Assembly: GCA_023205875.1 (NCBI GenBank)
Contig: CP060770.1
Location: 1 to 64,000, forward strand
Direction: 5' to 3'
Source: Chloropicon primus
Lineage: Eukaryota
Length of the DNA: 64,000 nucleotides
The notes below the pieces were generated by a model. It was given only the letters and a program-made list of their open reading frames with translations, was not told the DNA's origin and made no database searches. The translations under genes were made by a program, and so were the position numbers. This document shows positions 1 through 9,876 of the stretch, piece by piece (the stretch's first letter is position 1; the number at the start of each line of letters is the position of its first letter).

Positions 1-487
1 CTAAAACCTAAAACCTAAAACCTAAAACCTAAAAACCTAAAAACCTAAAACCTAAAACCTAAAACCCAAAACCTAAAACCTAAAACCCAAAACCTAAAAC
101 CTAAAACCTAAAACCTAAAACCTAAAACCTAAAACCTAAAACCTAAAACCTAAAACCTAAAAACCTAAAACCTAAAACCTAAAACCTAAAACCTAAAACC
201 TAAAAACCTAAAACCTAAAACCTAAAACCTAAAACCTAAAACCTAAAACCTAAAACCTAAAACCTAAAACCTAAAACCTAAAACCTAAAACCTAAAACCT
301 AAAAACCTAAAACCTAAACCTAAAACCTAAAACCTAAAACCTAAAACCTAAAACCTAAAACCTAAAACCTAAAACCTAAAACCTAAAACCTAAAACCTAA
401 ACCTAAAACCTAAAACCTAAAACCTAAAACCTAAAACCTAAAACCTAAAACCTAAAACCTAAAACCTAAAACCTAAAACCTAAAACC
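1..487 (-). repeat. Telomeric repeat array (CCTAAAA)n, i.e. TTTTAGG on the G-rich strand; chromosome left end
   Basis: About 70 near-perfect 7-mer units from base 1, with occasional CCTAAAAA, CCTAAA and CCCAAAA variants. The C-rich strand at the 5' end is the expected orientation for a left telomere. Confidence 0.97.
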
Positions 488-676
488 TGGGCCTAAGGCC
501 TGGGCCTAAAGGCCTGGGCCTAAGCCTAAGGCCTGGGCCTGGGCCTAAAACCTAAAGGCCTAAAAGCCTGGGCCTAAGGCCTAAAACCTAAAACCTAAAA
601 CCTAAAACCTAAATGCCTAAAACCTAAACCTAAAACCTAAACCTACAAACCTACAAACCTACAAACCTAAACCTAA
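488..676. repeat. Degenerate telomere-variant repeats (CCTGGG, CCTAAGG, CCTAAA, CCTACAAA)
   Basis: Read directly: variant units interspersed with canonical CCTAAAA between the pure array and unique sequence. Confidence 0.85.
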
Positions 677-968
677 GGAAGGAAGTCCTGGCCAAGGAAA
701 GGAGCCCGAGGACAACAGAAGCCTGGGAGAAAGACACCGTCGCATCATCCAAGCTTGCCGTGGTGCCTCCGAGTCACCGCGTTTCCTAAAGCCTTGGGAG
801 TCCCAAGACCTAACGCCTAAAAGGCCCTCTCGTGGGTCCGAAGTGTCTTGAGTAGGGTTTGCCCGAGGAAGGAAGGAAGGAAGTCCTGGCCAAGGAAAGG
901 AGCCGGAGAACAAAAGAAGCCTAAGTGAAAGACACCGCCGCATCATACAAGCTTTCCGTGGTGCCTCC
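675..968. repeat. Subtelomeric imperfect direct duplication (about 95 bp unit, 198 bp offset)
   Basis: aaggaaggaagtcctggccaaggaaaggagcc...gaaagacaccg...cgtggtgcctcc occurs at about 675-770 and 873-968; GTCCTGG anchors at 685 and 883. Confidence 0.85.
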
Positions 969-1198
969 AGCCACCGCACTTTTTCTTTCTGGTATAAGTT
1001 TTAAGTGTGATCTGGGTTTTAGTCGGCCATAAACCAGGTCGCATAAGACGACGGATTCCAGCAGAAGAGTGGATCAGGGTAAGGTTTACGATTGAAAGTC
1101 TTTATTCTCAGGTGCCCTAGATTGCACTCCACCCGGAACAAGTCTCTTCATCACGGACTCCATTCACACATCATCATCATCATCATCCATGGAGGGCT

Positions 1199-1444
1199 GT
1201 GGTTTGGGTTTTAGTGGTCCGACAGATGGACCTGTACAGGTTCGACGACGACGGAAACATACACCATATTAGAGGAGTATTCACATATAAAATACAAGCC
1301 CCTTCTGACAAAGTTTTACAGCCATCGGATACGAACTGGATCCGTCACTCCACTATTCGTACCAAAAAAGTAGGCCCCAAAACGAACAATAATGCAACAG
1401 AATCATTTCATACACACCTAAATTACACAATCAAGTCAGCATGA
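1199..1444 (+). pseudogene. Possible degraded Mutator/MULE-like transposase fragment
   Basis: AT-rich ORF with no ATG start, ending ...W-x12-TNNNATESFHTHLNYTIKSA*. This resembles the R/KTNNxxESxHxxLN motif around the catalytic Glu of MULE DDE transposases. No other catalytic motifs or TIRs are seen. Confidence 0.35.
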
Positions 1445-1869
1445 ACCAAACAGAGATGATCCAATCCACGAACAACTACCCACATCAACTTCTCCCTGCC
1501 TTCCCTCCTCTCCCACTCTCCTGCATTGCCCCAAGAACACCTCTCCCCTCTCCCACCCCTCGACGCCAGTGCGCGGACCAAACCCCACATCACCTGGTCC
1601 CGACCCCTCCTCCCACTCATTGTCATCGAGCAAGGCGACTGAGACCAACGCATTCCAAAGGACCCCAATTGAACCTACACAGACCCCTAAACACACCTCA
1701 AAACCAATCCTCTGCCTCCCCGATGTGCACCTCCATGGTGTCCTTCCCTGCATCGCTTGCTCCAAAAACACCCCATCACGCAAAAGTAGTCAGGGGAGTG
1801 GCTCTCTCGCTATGGAAACCTAAACCTTTTGCATTACATTAAACCACCTATGTTGGAACCCCAAAACAA

Positions 1870-3009
1870 CTAGGACTTCAGAAGCCTCCAGGTGAAGTAC
1901 AGGACGAAGGTGAAAGCGACCATGCCCCCGTACACGATCCACTTGTCCATCTTCATCCTCCTCTCCGCCCGCCTCAGGAGGTTCTCTGACACCCCCAGGG
2001 TGTTGAGGACGTCCAGCATCTTGCGCTGCGCTCGCTTCAGCCTGTCCCTCTGGGACGCCATCCCGGCCAAGATGGCGCTCCCCTGGCCAAAGATGTCCTC
2101 GATGACCTGGTTGGACTGCGCCACCGACCGCATCATTTGGGCCTCGGAGTTCCCCCCTCCACCCATTCCCCCCCTCCCCGCGCCGCCGTTCGCGCCCCTC
2201 CTCTGGAGCAGCTCCTGCCTCTCCAGCTTCTGCATCTCCCTGCTCCTGTGGCGCCCCAGGTAACCCTCGTACGACGAGTTCAGGTTCAGGTACTCCTGCT
2301 CGCTCTGGTCCAGCCGCCTGGTCGGCGAGCGAGACGAGAAAGCCAAACGACAGAGGTTTCGGGTCAGACGGAAGCGAAGGTCCGGGTCCGTGCGCGGTCC
2401 TCTGTGCGCGTCTCTCGATCTCACTGCAACTTACTGCTTCCACACGGTTTGCTTGGACAGGTCAACGCTGCCGCTCTGCGCGTTCCAGGCGCCCCGGAGG
2501 CTGCTGAGCAACATCTGCAGCCGTCGTGAACGAGAAGAGAAGATAATCAAAGGAGAGAGAGAGAGAGAGAGAGCCAGGTGTATCACTCGCCGTCAGCCAC
2601 CGCTCCACACCCACGCTGCACTGGAACACCGCGACGCCTCCTCTCCACTCCACTCCACTCCACTCACCTGCAACGTGCTGAGCTTCTGGCCCACGTCCTG
2701 CGCAATCCTTTCTATCTCCGCAGGAGTGTGCGCCGACTGAGCCACGACGGTGGGCCGGAGACAACGACAGGAGGAGATCAAATCAAATCAAATCAAATCA
2801 ATTGAAACGCGCCACCGCGAGTCAGTCCGTCCGTCAGTCTCCAGGAGTTTCCCCTCGTGTGTTGTGGTGTTCTCAAACGAAAACACGACACTTGGTGGTG
2901 ATTGACTCACCGCTTCTGTTGTTTCGAGCCTCTCGAGGGCATGATGCGTCGCCAGGAGCTGCTTCTTGAGCTTGGTGTGCTCCTTGGCAAGCCCCGTCGC
3001 GTCCCCCAT
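1870..3009 (-). CDS. GOSR2: Membrin/Bos1-type Golgi Qb-SNARE, 4 exons (3009-2911, 2736-2668, 2514-2435, 2317-1870)
   Basis: C-terminal SNARE motif (GSAILAGMASQRDRLKRAQRKMLDVLNTLGVSENLLRRAERR..DKWI) plus TM anchor. GT-AG introns join the exons in frame (MGDATGLAK...LETTEA|SAHTP...LSTLQ|MLLSS...WKQ|RLDQSEQ). Confidence 0.88.
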
Positions 3010-3283
3010 CGCCTCCCGAGTCCCCTCCCTCCCTCCTTGTCGCCTCGGCCTACTCGAAAACGAATCGAATGGCTCTTCCCAAGCGCTCAGGGCGCCAAAC
3101 CGTGCGTGCGACCGCTCGATAGAAAGCACGTGAGACGCACTTTCGCGTGGTATTGTTCCTGTTCCCTTCCTTTCCCTCTGTCCCACCCCACGCCCTCCCT
3201 GAAGCGCCTCCCCCGGCTTTCCCGCGAAAAAAAAGGAAAGAAAAAAATGGTGTTTTTTGGCGCGAAGCGCGCCGAGGAGGAGG

Positions 3284-4951
3284 ATGAGGGAAGGAAGGGG
3301 AGGAGGCGTGTCACGGAGGAGGTGGAGGTGGCTCCTGGGAATGTTGGGCCTCCTCGTGGGCGTCTTCCTCACGATGGACGTCCAACTCGCTCGGAGGGAA
3401 CAAAATCAAACGACATCCTTTGAGACGAAACCCAAACCAAAACCTGCACCTGCAGGGATGACGACGACGAGGAGGATGAGGACAAGGACGAGGGGGATGG
3501 AGGAAGCCAGCCTCAGCCATTCACAACACCAGCAGCAGGACGAGGGGGTATTGTCGGAGGATGCGGTGTCGTTCCAGGCTCCACCTCCTCACCTGCTCGA
3601 GCTCGAACGTGGACAGCATCAACAGCAGCAGCAGCAGCAGCGTCCACTGCAGCCGGTGGAGGAGGAGGTGGTGGTGGTGGTGAGCGAGGACGAGGGGAAG
3701 ATGAAGGCGGAGTCGACCACCAGCACCAGACCCAAGGAGGTGTGGGCTGTGGCGGAACCTGTGCCTCCTCCTCCTCCTCCCGAGGAAGCTTCCTTCCAAC
3801 CCACGGAGGACGAGGAAGAGGACGAGGAGGAGGACGAGGAGGACGAGGAGGAGGTCGAGGAGGAGGTCGAGGAGGTTGATTCCATGTCCAAGCTGATGAT
3901 CACCATCGGCAACTTGACCTTTGAGCCCAAGCTGATGCGACCGACGATCAGGACGGGGGTTCCAGCTCCGGAGGAGGAAGCCAAACCTCTCGCCGGGACG
4001 GAGTCGGAGCTGCTTGAGGGGGTCTTGGTCGCCGGGGCCACCACCGACTCGACGCCTGCACCCCATAAACCCGTGGACCGGCTGAGTCTGGAGGTGAGGA
4101 AGGGCCCGGCACTCGCGAGCAGTGGCGTGTCGACCTCCCAGGTCGCGGTGGCCGTCCTTCACAACATCGACCACGCCAGCGCCAAGGAGATCTACCAGTC
4201 CTTCCGCTTGTCCTGGATCCGGCACTTCAAGAGCACCCTGATGTACGTCAAGCACAGGAAGGGCTCCGTGGGCAGCGACTACCTGAAGATCATCACGCAG
4301 CTCAAGAAAAAGTATCCGAGGAAGAAGTGGTACGTGATGGTCCACGACGACACTTATGTGTACGCCAGGAACCTCCTGTCCTACCTCGCGTCTTACGACG
4401 AGGGGGAGCCCCTCCTGCTGGGATCGACCCACTGCAGCGGTCCGAACTTCCAGTGCCGGAGCGGAGGCATCTCGGAAGATGGGGCGGCGGGTTGGTTGGG
4501 TTGGGCGACGGGGGGCTCGGGGATCATCCTGAGCTCCAAAGCCGCCAGCAAGCTCCAGGTGAAGTCCTGCCTCAAGTACTACGCGAGGAGGTGGGACTAC
4601 AAGGTCCCTGCGGCGGATGTCATCTTGTCCTGCTGCGCCAAGGACTCTGGCCTGCAGAAGTTTCACAACCCAGGTTTCGTGAACGGCCCCCCCGGTCACC
4701 ACGAGTGCCAGTGCCAGCGCAAGGGGAGGCCCCTCTGCACGCTCAGCGGCAGCAGCCTCAACAGGGGGGACCCCCTGTACCGGAGGAGGCTGAGTTACCA
4801 CCACGTCAGCGTGGGGATGATGGAGGACCTGTTCGTGACCGAGATGGACAGCCTGCGGGGCGATTACGGGGGCAAGGGAGTCGGGACGTTTGACCTCGAC
4901 CACGCCAAAGTCATTCATGTGAGGAAGAAACCCGCGAAGACGATGTCCTGA
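3284..4951 (+). CDS. Fringe-like / GT31 beta-1,3-glycosyltransferase, type II membrane protein
   Basis: N-terminal TM (WLLGMLGLLVGVFL) and acidic stem, followed by KWYVMVHDDTYV..NL..YL, ATGGSGIILS and ADVILSCC motifs. TGTAA lies at 4961. Confidence 0.8.
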   Translation: MREGRGGGVSRRRWRWLLGMLGLLVGVFLTMDVQLARREQNQTTSFETKPKPKPAPAGMTTTRRMRTRTRGMEEASLSHSQHQQQDEGVLSEDAVSFQAPPPHLLELERGQHQQQQQQQRPLQPVEEEVVVVVSEDEGKMKAESTTSTRPKEVWAVAEPVPPPPPPEEASFQPTEDEEEDEEEDEEDEEEVEEEVEEVDSMSKLMITIGNLTFEPKLMRPTIRTGVPAPEEEAKPLAGTESELLEGVLVAGATTDSTPAPHKPVDRLSLEVRKGPALASSGVSTSQVAVAVLHNIDHASAKEIYQSFRLSWIRHFKSTLMYVKHRKGSVGSDYLKIITQLKKKYPRKKWYVMVHDDTYVYARNLLSYLASYDEGEPLLLGSTHCSGPNFQCRSGGISEDGAAGWLGWATGGSGIILSSKAASKLQVKSCLKYYARRWDYKVPAADVILSCCAKDSGLQKFHNPGFVNGPPGHHECQCQRKGRPLCTLSGSSLNRGDPLYRRRLSYHHVSVGMMEDLFVTEMDSLRGDYGGKGVGTFDLDHAKVIHVRKKPAKTMS

Positions 4952-5289
4952 GCCACGGGGTGTAAGATGGTGTATGGATGTACAGTAACAATTGTGTCAG
5001 AAGATGTATTCAATATATAGTATGCTTTATTCATTGCTGTTGCATGGTGATGTGATGGTGGTCTCTCTCTCTCTCTCTCAAATGCTTCGTTCAAGAGTTT
5101 CTGTTCGTACAAAATGAATGAATGAATGAAAGTTTGGCGAAAAGAGGGAGACAGAGAGAGAGAGAGAGCGACAACACAACAAAGTCTTGTGTACGCACGA
5201 GTCCCTTCCTTCCTCCTGAAACAACTCATCATCATGATCGTCGTCGTCATCATCACCATCATTCTCGTCATCCTCGTCGTCAATGATGC

Positions 5290-6537
5290 TCACATGCTGC
5301 AGATCGAGACCTCTTTCATGGCGTGGAGCAAGCGCCAGACGTGCTGCTCCCCCTTCCAGTCGTGCCAGCTGTTCCCGTTCTTCGTCTTCTTCCCCCTCCC
5401 GCCGTACTGGTCGATCTGGCTCTGCTTGTAGGTCGTGAGCCCGTACACGCTGACCTGGTCACACATGGTCAGGAGCATGAGGAGGCCGTGGGCCCCGCTG
5501 GTGAGCTGCTTCCACCCCCCGAACGGCCCGAACCCCAGCCTCTTCATCTCCTTCCTCAGCTCGCGCATCACCATCACCTCCTTGCCGATGAACCTGCGGC
5601 TGAGGAACACGAGCTTGTGGTTCGGGTACTTCTTCTTGCAGACCCTCCTCATCTCGACCCTGGCGGCCGGGAACCAGAGCACCATGTCGATGCTTTTGCC
5701 CTTGCCCTCCGGGAGCTTGCCCCGGCAGCACGCCTGCGTGGTGTGAAAGTTGTTCAGGATCCTCATGGTCACCTTGGACCCGACCTTGTCCTTGAACCGA
5801 CCGAGGGCCTGGGTGTTGAACCTCATCACCAGGTCGTGGTTGTCGATGTACTTGCCGTACTTCTTCTTAACCATGTGGCCCGCGTTCCCCACGATCGCGC
5901 AGGTCTTGTACTGCCTGGCGCCCAGCGGACCCGGCTTGAAGAGCGACATGACCTTCTTCCTCACCTCCAGGAGGGAGGCCGCATCGTAGGCTTTGGCGTC
6001 GCACTTGTCTATCGAATCCATGCAGTCCACGAGCGTCTCCTCGCCGAGCCGGACGTCTTTCTGAACGCTGGGGTCCGAGTCCGCGTTCTCGAAGTAGACC
6101 CGAGCCCGCCTCTTCCTCCCGCAGCCCACTCGCTTCATCTGGTACGGCATGCGGAGAAGCCTCCGCCCAGACCGTCCCACGAACGCCGTGCCGTTCCCCT
6201 CCCGGTGCCGGGCTCCCCCCGCCTCTCCCCTGTCCCACTCGAGGCCCCCCTCCTCGTCGTCGTAGTAGTAGTCCTCACGGTCGCCCCACCCGTCCGCCAG
6301 CCTCGTGCCGTTCGAGGCCTCCGCCCCAAGCAGCTGCCTGCCGTTGTTGGCGTTCACCCTCTCCGGCCTCGGTGGCCCTGCAGCATAGGTCGCCATATCA
6401 AACGGGACCAGGTCTTGCGGTGCTCCTCCGCACAGGGGCAGCTGCTCCGATCCCCCGACGCAGGGACGGGTGAGCACGCCGATGGCCACGCCAATGACGA
6501 GGACGCCGAGGCCCACCGCCACCCTCCCCCTCTTCAT
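5290..6537 (-). CDS. GT29 sialyltransferase-like protein, type II membrane
   Basis: Sialylmotif L (CAIVGNAG...IDNHDLVMRFN...VGSK), motif S (TSGAHGLLMLLTMCDQVSVYG) and motif VS (HDWKGE), with an N-terminal TM. First ATG at 6537. Confidence 0.88.
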   Translation of the reverse strand: MKRGRVAVGLGVLVIGVAIGVLTRPCVGGSEQLPLCGGAPQDLVPFDMATYAAGPPRPERVNANNGRQLLGAEASNGTRLADGWGDREDYYYDDEEGGLEWDRGEAGGARHREGNGTAFVGRSGRRLLRMPYQMKRVGCGRKRRARVYFENADSDPSVQKDVRLGEETLVDCMDSIDKCDAKAYDAASLLEVRKKVMSLFKPGPLGARQYKTCAIVGNAGHMVKKKYGKYIDNHDLVMRFNTQALGRFKDKVGSKVTMRILNNFHTTQACCRGKLPEGKGKSIDMVLWFPAARVEMRRVCKKKYPNHKLVFLSRRFIGKEVMVMRELRKEMKRLGFGPFGGWKQLTSGAHGLLMLLTMCDQVSVYGLTTYKQSQIDQYGGRGKKTKNGNSWHDWKGEQHVWRLLHAMKEVSICSM

Positions 6538-7079
6538 AGGGACCCTGGTGGTCCCGGTGGTCCTGGTCCTGGGTTCCAAGACTGAGTCTCTCCCCTTCCC
6601 TTCGTGGTTCTGGGTCGACCCTTACACCAATCGAAAGCCCTCGCGTTCTAGTTCCTCGTTCTATCGCTCCCGTTCTCAACCCACGTTTCCTTCCAAGTGT
6701 TCCGGTCCTCCAAAGTCCTCCTCCTCCTCCAAAGTCCTCCCTCCTGGGAAGCTGGCCCCGCTTTCCAAGATCCTCCAATCCTACAACTTAAAAATAATAC
6801 GATTCATCCCATGACGTTAATTGTCCTAACATCAACAGAAAGAGGAACGTACGCCATTGCCATGGCCAACTGAAGAGAAGAGACAAGAGGAGAGGAGAGG
6901 AGAGAGGAGAGTTCGTTCCCGTTCCGTCCATGGGATGCCACGGGGCATGGCCTCGTTTGGTCTTGATGGATGTTCGTTTTGCTTGGGATGTTTCTTCCTC
7001 CTCGGGCCGCGGTCTATTCTTCTTTGTTTTGTCAAAGATCACCATCCCCCGACGTCTTTTCTCTCTCCATCAAGGGAAG

Positions 7080-7116
<37 letters not shown>

Positions 7117-7229
7117 GAGGGAGCACTTCTCTCTCGCCTCTGTCTCTGGGTTTGATTAACGAAAAAGGAGGTGCCAGGTGGGGGAGCACTCCAGCCAGGA
7201 CATCGCATCGCAGCAGTCTGGAGACTCAC

Positions 7230-7293
7230 CACCACCACCAGCACCACCAGCACCACCAGCAACACCAGCAACACCAGCAACACCAGCAGCAGC
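7230..7293. repeat. CAC/CAG/CAA triplet-based minisatellite
   Basis: (caccagcac/caccagcaa)n read directly. Confidence 0.75.
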
Positions 7294-7512
7294 ACAAACA
7301 TCGCCACCAGGATGGAGGGATAACACAACACACGACACACGACACCGGCACCGGCACAACGACGAGGAGGAGGACGACGCCAGAGTCAGGAAAGTGCATT
7401 GGGGGATACGAGCAGCACGGCCATCCAGACCCGACACCGAAGCAAGGCCCGACCTTGGTGGAGGCAGGACCCTCTCCGGGGTCTGGGGATACGAGACAAG
7501 GCATCGTGCACG

Positions 7513-9750
7513 ATGTCGAGGCGAACGGGAACGGAGAGCTCGAGTGATCTGTTCCACTCGCACGCCTTGAGGACAGCAGGAACAACAGGGACAACAACGC
7601 CAACGCGACATCATCATCAACAACAACAACAACAACATCTGGGTTCCCCGTCGTCGTCGTCGTCGTCGAGGAGGGAGCGCAATGGCAATGGGGGGATGTC
7701 GATGTCGAGGTCGCCCTGCCGGTCGCCGACCTCTGTGGACATCAGGCACCTCGCTCTGTTGGACCTGGAGAGGGAGAAGCAGTCTCTCTCCAGGTCTTGG
7801 ACCAGGAAGGCGTCCGCTTCCGGGAACTCTCCTGGATCCCTGGCTCCGATAGAGAGGAGGGGGAGGGCATCCGTGCTCGGCCCGGATCGGGTGACGCCAA
7901 GGACGGACCCCCACGTGCTGAGGAAGATAGCCTCCGCGCCGGACTCCCAGCACTACCCTCAAAGGTACTTTCGGGACACGGTGAAGTCTCCAGGGGGGCG
8001 TGGCTCGCCGTTCTCGTCCCCGACCAAGGTCCGCGCACATCGCCGGACGTTTGACATTGGGGCCTCGGCCTCGGCGGCATCGAGTGGTGGTGGGCAGGGG
8101 GCGCGTTACCCTTGGTACCCTTACCCCCCGGGGAGCCGGTCCCCGAGCCCCGGGGGATCGTACGCCCCCGGGGCCTTGGACCACAAGGGCAACGGCAATG
8201 GCGCTGCTGGGAGCTCCGGGCCGAGGACGGCCAAGGTGGGGAGGGTTTTGGGGCTTGGCCCGAGGAAGAAGGACGGCCTTGGCCAGGAGGAGGCCAAGGT
8301 GGATCACCTGGCGAGGGACTTGCTTTACACCATCAAGGGCAAGAGGAAGGGGACGATCAGGGAGCTCCTGGAGGAGCAAGGCCTTGGTCCCAAGGAGGAG
8401 TGGAACGTCTTGCTGGACGCGATCACCTTGCCCAGTGGCAGGACGCCGCTCCAGGAGGCCGTGTTCTACGACCAGGGGGAGAGGGCCAAGGAGCTCCTGG
8501 ACGTCGGGGTGGACGCGGACCTGGATCCTCTGCGGGGGGCGGGCCAACACCACCAGGGGTCCCCCCTCATCATCGCCTGCAAGCTTGGGCACCACGAGGT
8601 GGCGGACCTCCTGATCACGTACGGCGCCTCGGTGCACTGCGTCGACCAGGACGCCTTTACCCCGCTTCATCACGCGTGCGCGGAGGGGCACGCGAGGTGC
8701 GCGGAGGTGGTGCTGAGCCAGGGGGCCTCCATCCGAGCCCGGACCAAGGGCGGCCTCACCCCGCTGCAGTTGGCCTCCACGGACGGCGTCAGAGACCTCT
8801 TCAACCCCAGCAGCCGCTCCAGGAAGGCTGAGGAGGAGGACGGCGGCGTTCCGGAGAGGCCTCGGGGGAGGGACAGCAACAGCATGTTCCGAGAGTCGTC
8901 CAAGAGGATCGAGAGCGGGGAGATGGAGTGGAAGAAGGGCGAGCTCCTGGGGGAGGGGGCCTACGGCAGGGTGTACGCGGGCCTCAACCACGAGACCGGG
9001 CAGATCATGGCCGTGAAGCAGATCGCGGTGGACATGGACAATGACAAGCACACCGACAACCTCAAGGCCCTAGAGAGGGAAATCGAGTTTTACAAGACGC
9101 TCAAGCACGAGCACATCGTGGAGTACTACGGGGCGTTCCTGGACAAGGACCAGCACCTCATGTACGTCTTCCTGGAGTACGTCAGCGGGGGGAGCATCTC
9201 CTCTATGCTCAAAAGGTTTGGGCCCTTCAGCGAGGCTCTCACGAAGATTTACACCAAGCAGATCCTGCGCGGCTTGCTGTTCCTGCACGAGAACAAGACC
9301 ATCCACCGGGACGTCAAAGGCGCGAACATCCTGATCACCCAGGAGGGGTCGGCCAAGCTCGCGGACTTTGGGGCCTCCAAGCGCTACGTGAACGCCGAGA
9401 ACAGCGGGAGTGGCCTGTCCAACTCCAAGTCGATCACAGGTTCGGTGTACTGGATGGCCCCGGAGGTGATGAAGGGCACGGGGCACGGCAGGAAGGCTGA
9501 CATCTGGAGCCTGGGGTGCACGGTGGTGGAGATGCTGACGGGGAAGCACCCCTGGAAGGAGTACGACAACACGTGGACCGCGATGTTCCAGATCGCAAAG
9601 TCAGAGTCCGGGCCCGGCCTCCCCAAGAACATCTCCAAGGACGCGAGGGAGTTCCTGCAGCTCTGCTTCCAGCTCGATCCCACGAAGAGGCCCACGGCCT
9701 TGGACCTGCTGGGGACGCAGTTCTGCGGGGAGCAGGACGCGAGGAGTTAG
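7513..9750 (+). CDS. Ankyrin-repeat MAP kinase kinase kinase (STE11/MEKK-NPK1-like catalytic domain)
   Basis: Ankyrin repeats (GRTPLQ, GSPLIIAC, AFTPLHHAC, GLTPLQLA) precede a kinase domain: WKKGELLGEGAYGRVY, MAVK, HRDVKGAN, DFG, GSVYWMAPE, ADIWSLGCTVVEMLTGKHPW. The start codon is uncertain; first ATG is at 7513. Confidence 0.88.
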   Translation: MSRRTGTESSSDLFHSHALRTAGTTGTTTPTRHHHQQQQQQHLGSPSSSSSSRRERNGNGGMSMSRSPCRSPTSVDIRHLALLDLEREKQSLSRSWTRKASASGNSPGSLAPIERRGRASVLGPDRVTPRTDPHVLRKIASAPDSQHYPQRYFRDTVKSPGGRGSPFSSPTKVRAHRRTFDIGASASAASSGGGQGARYPWYPYPPGSRSPSPGGSYAPGALDHKGNGNGAAGSSGPRTAKVGRVLGLGPRKKDGLGQEEAKVDHLARDLLYTIKGKRKGTIRELLEEQGLGPKEEWNVLLDAITLPSGRTPLQEAVFYDQGERAKELLDVGVDADLDPLRGAGQHHQGSPLIIACKLGHHEVADLLITYGASVHCVDQDAFTPLHHACAEGHARCAEVVLSQGASIRARTKGGLTPLQLASTDGVRDLFNPSSRSRKAEEEDGGVPERPRGRDSNSMFRESSKRIESGEMEWKKGELLGEGAYGRVYAGLNHETGQIMAVKQIAVDMDNDKHTDNLKALEREIEFYKTLKHEHIVEYYGAFLDKDQHLMYVFLEYVSGGSISSMLKRFGPFSEALTKIYTKQILRGLLFLHENKTIHRDVKGANILITQEGSAKLADFGASKRYVNAENSGSGLSNSKSITGSVYWMAPEVMKGTGHGRKADIWSLGCTVVEMLTGKHPWKEYDNTWTAMFQIAKSESGPGLPKNISKDAREFLQLCFQLDPTKRPTALDLLGTQFCGEQDARS

Positions 9751-9876
9751 GAGAAACAAAAAGACTGAATGTATGAAAACATGTGTGTGTTGTGCGTGTG
9801 TTATATTTTATATCATATCAAAATATCATATCCAAGGCTGTTCATGAAAACAAAAGCTTGTTGTGAAATTGAAACG

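Noticed and set aside
2318..2910. GOSR2 introns as introner-like mobile introns
   Set aside because: The three introns share no evident sequence similarity or terminal repeats with each other or with other introns in the window.
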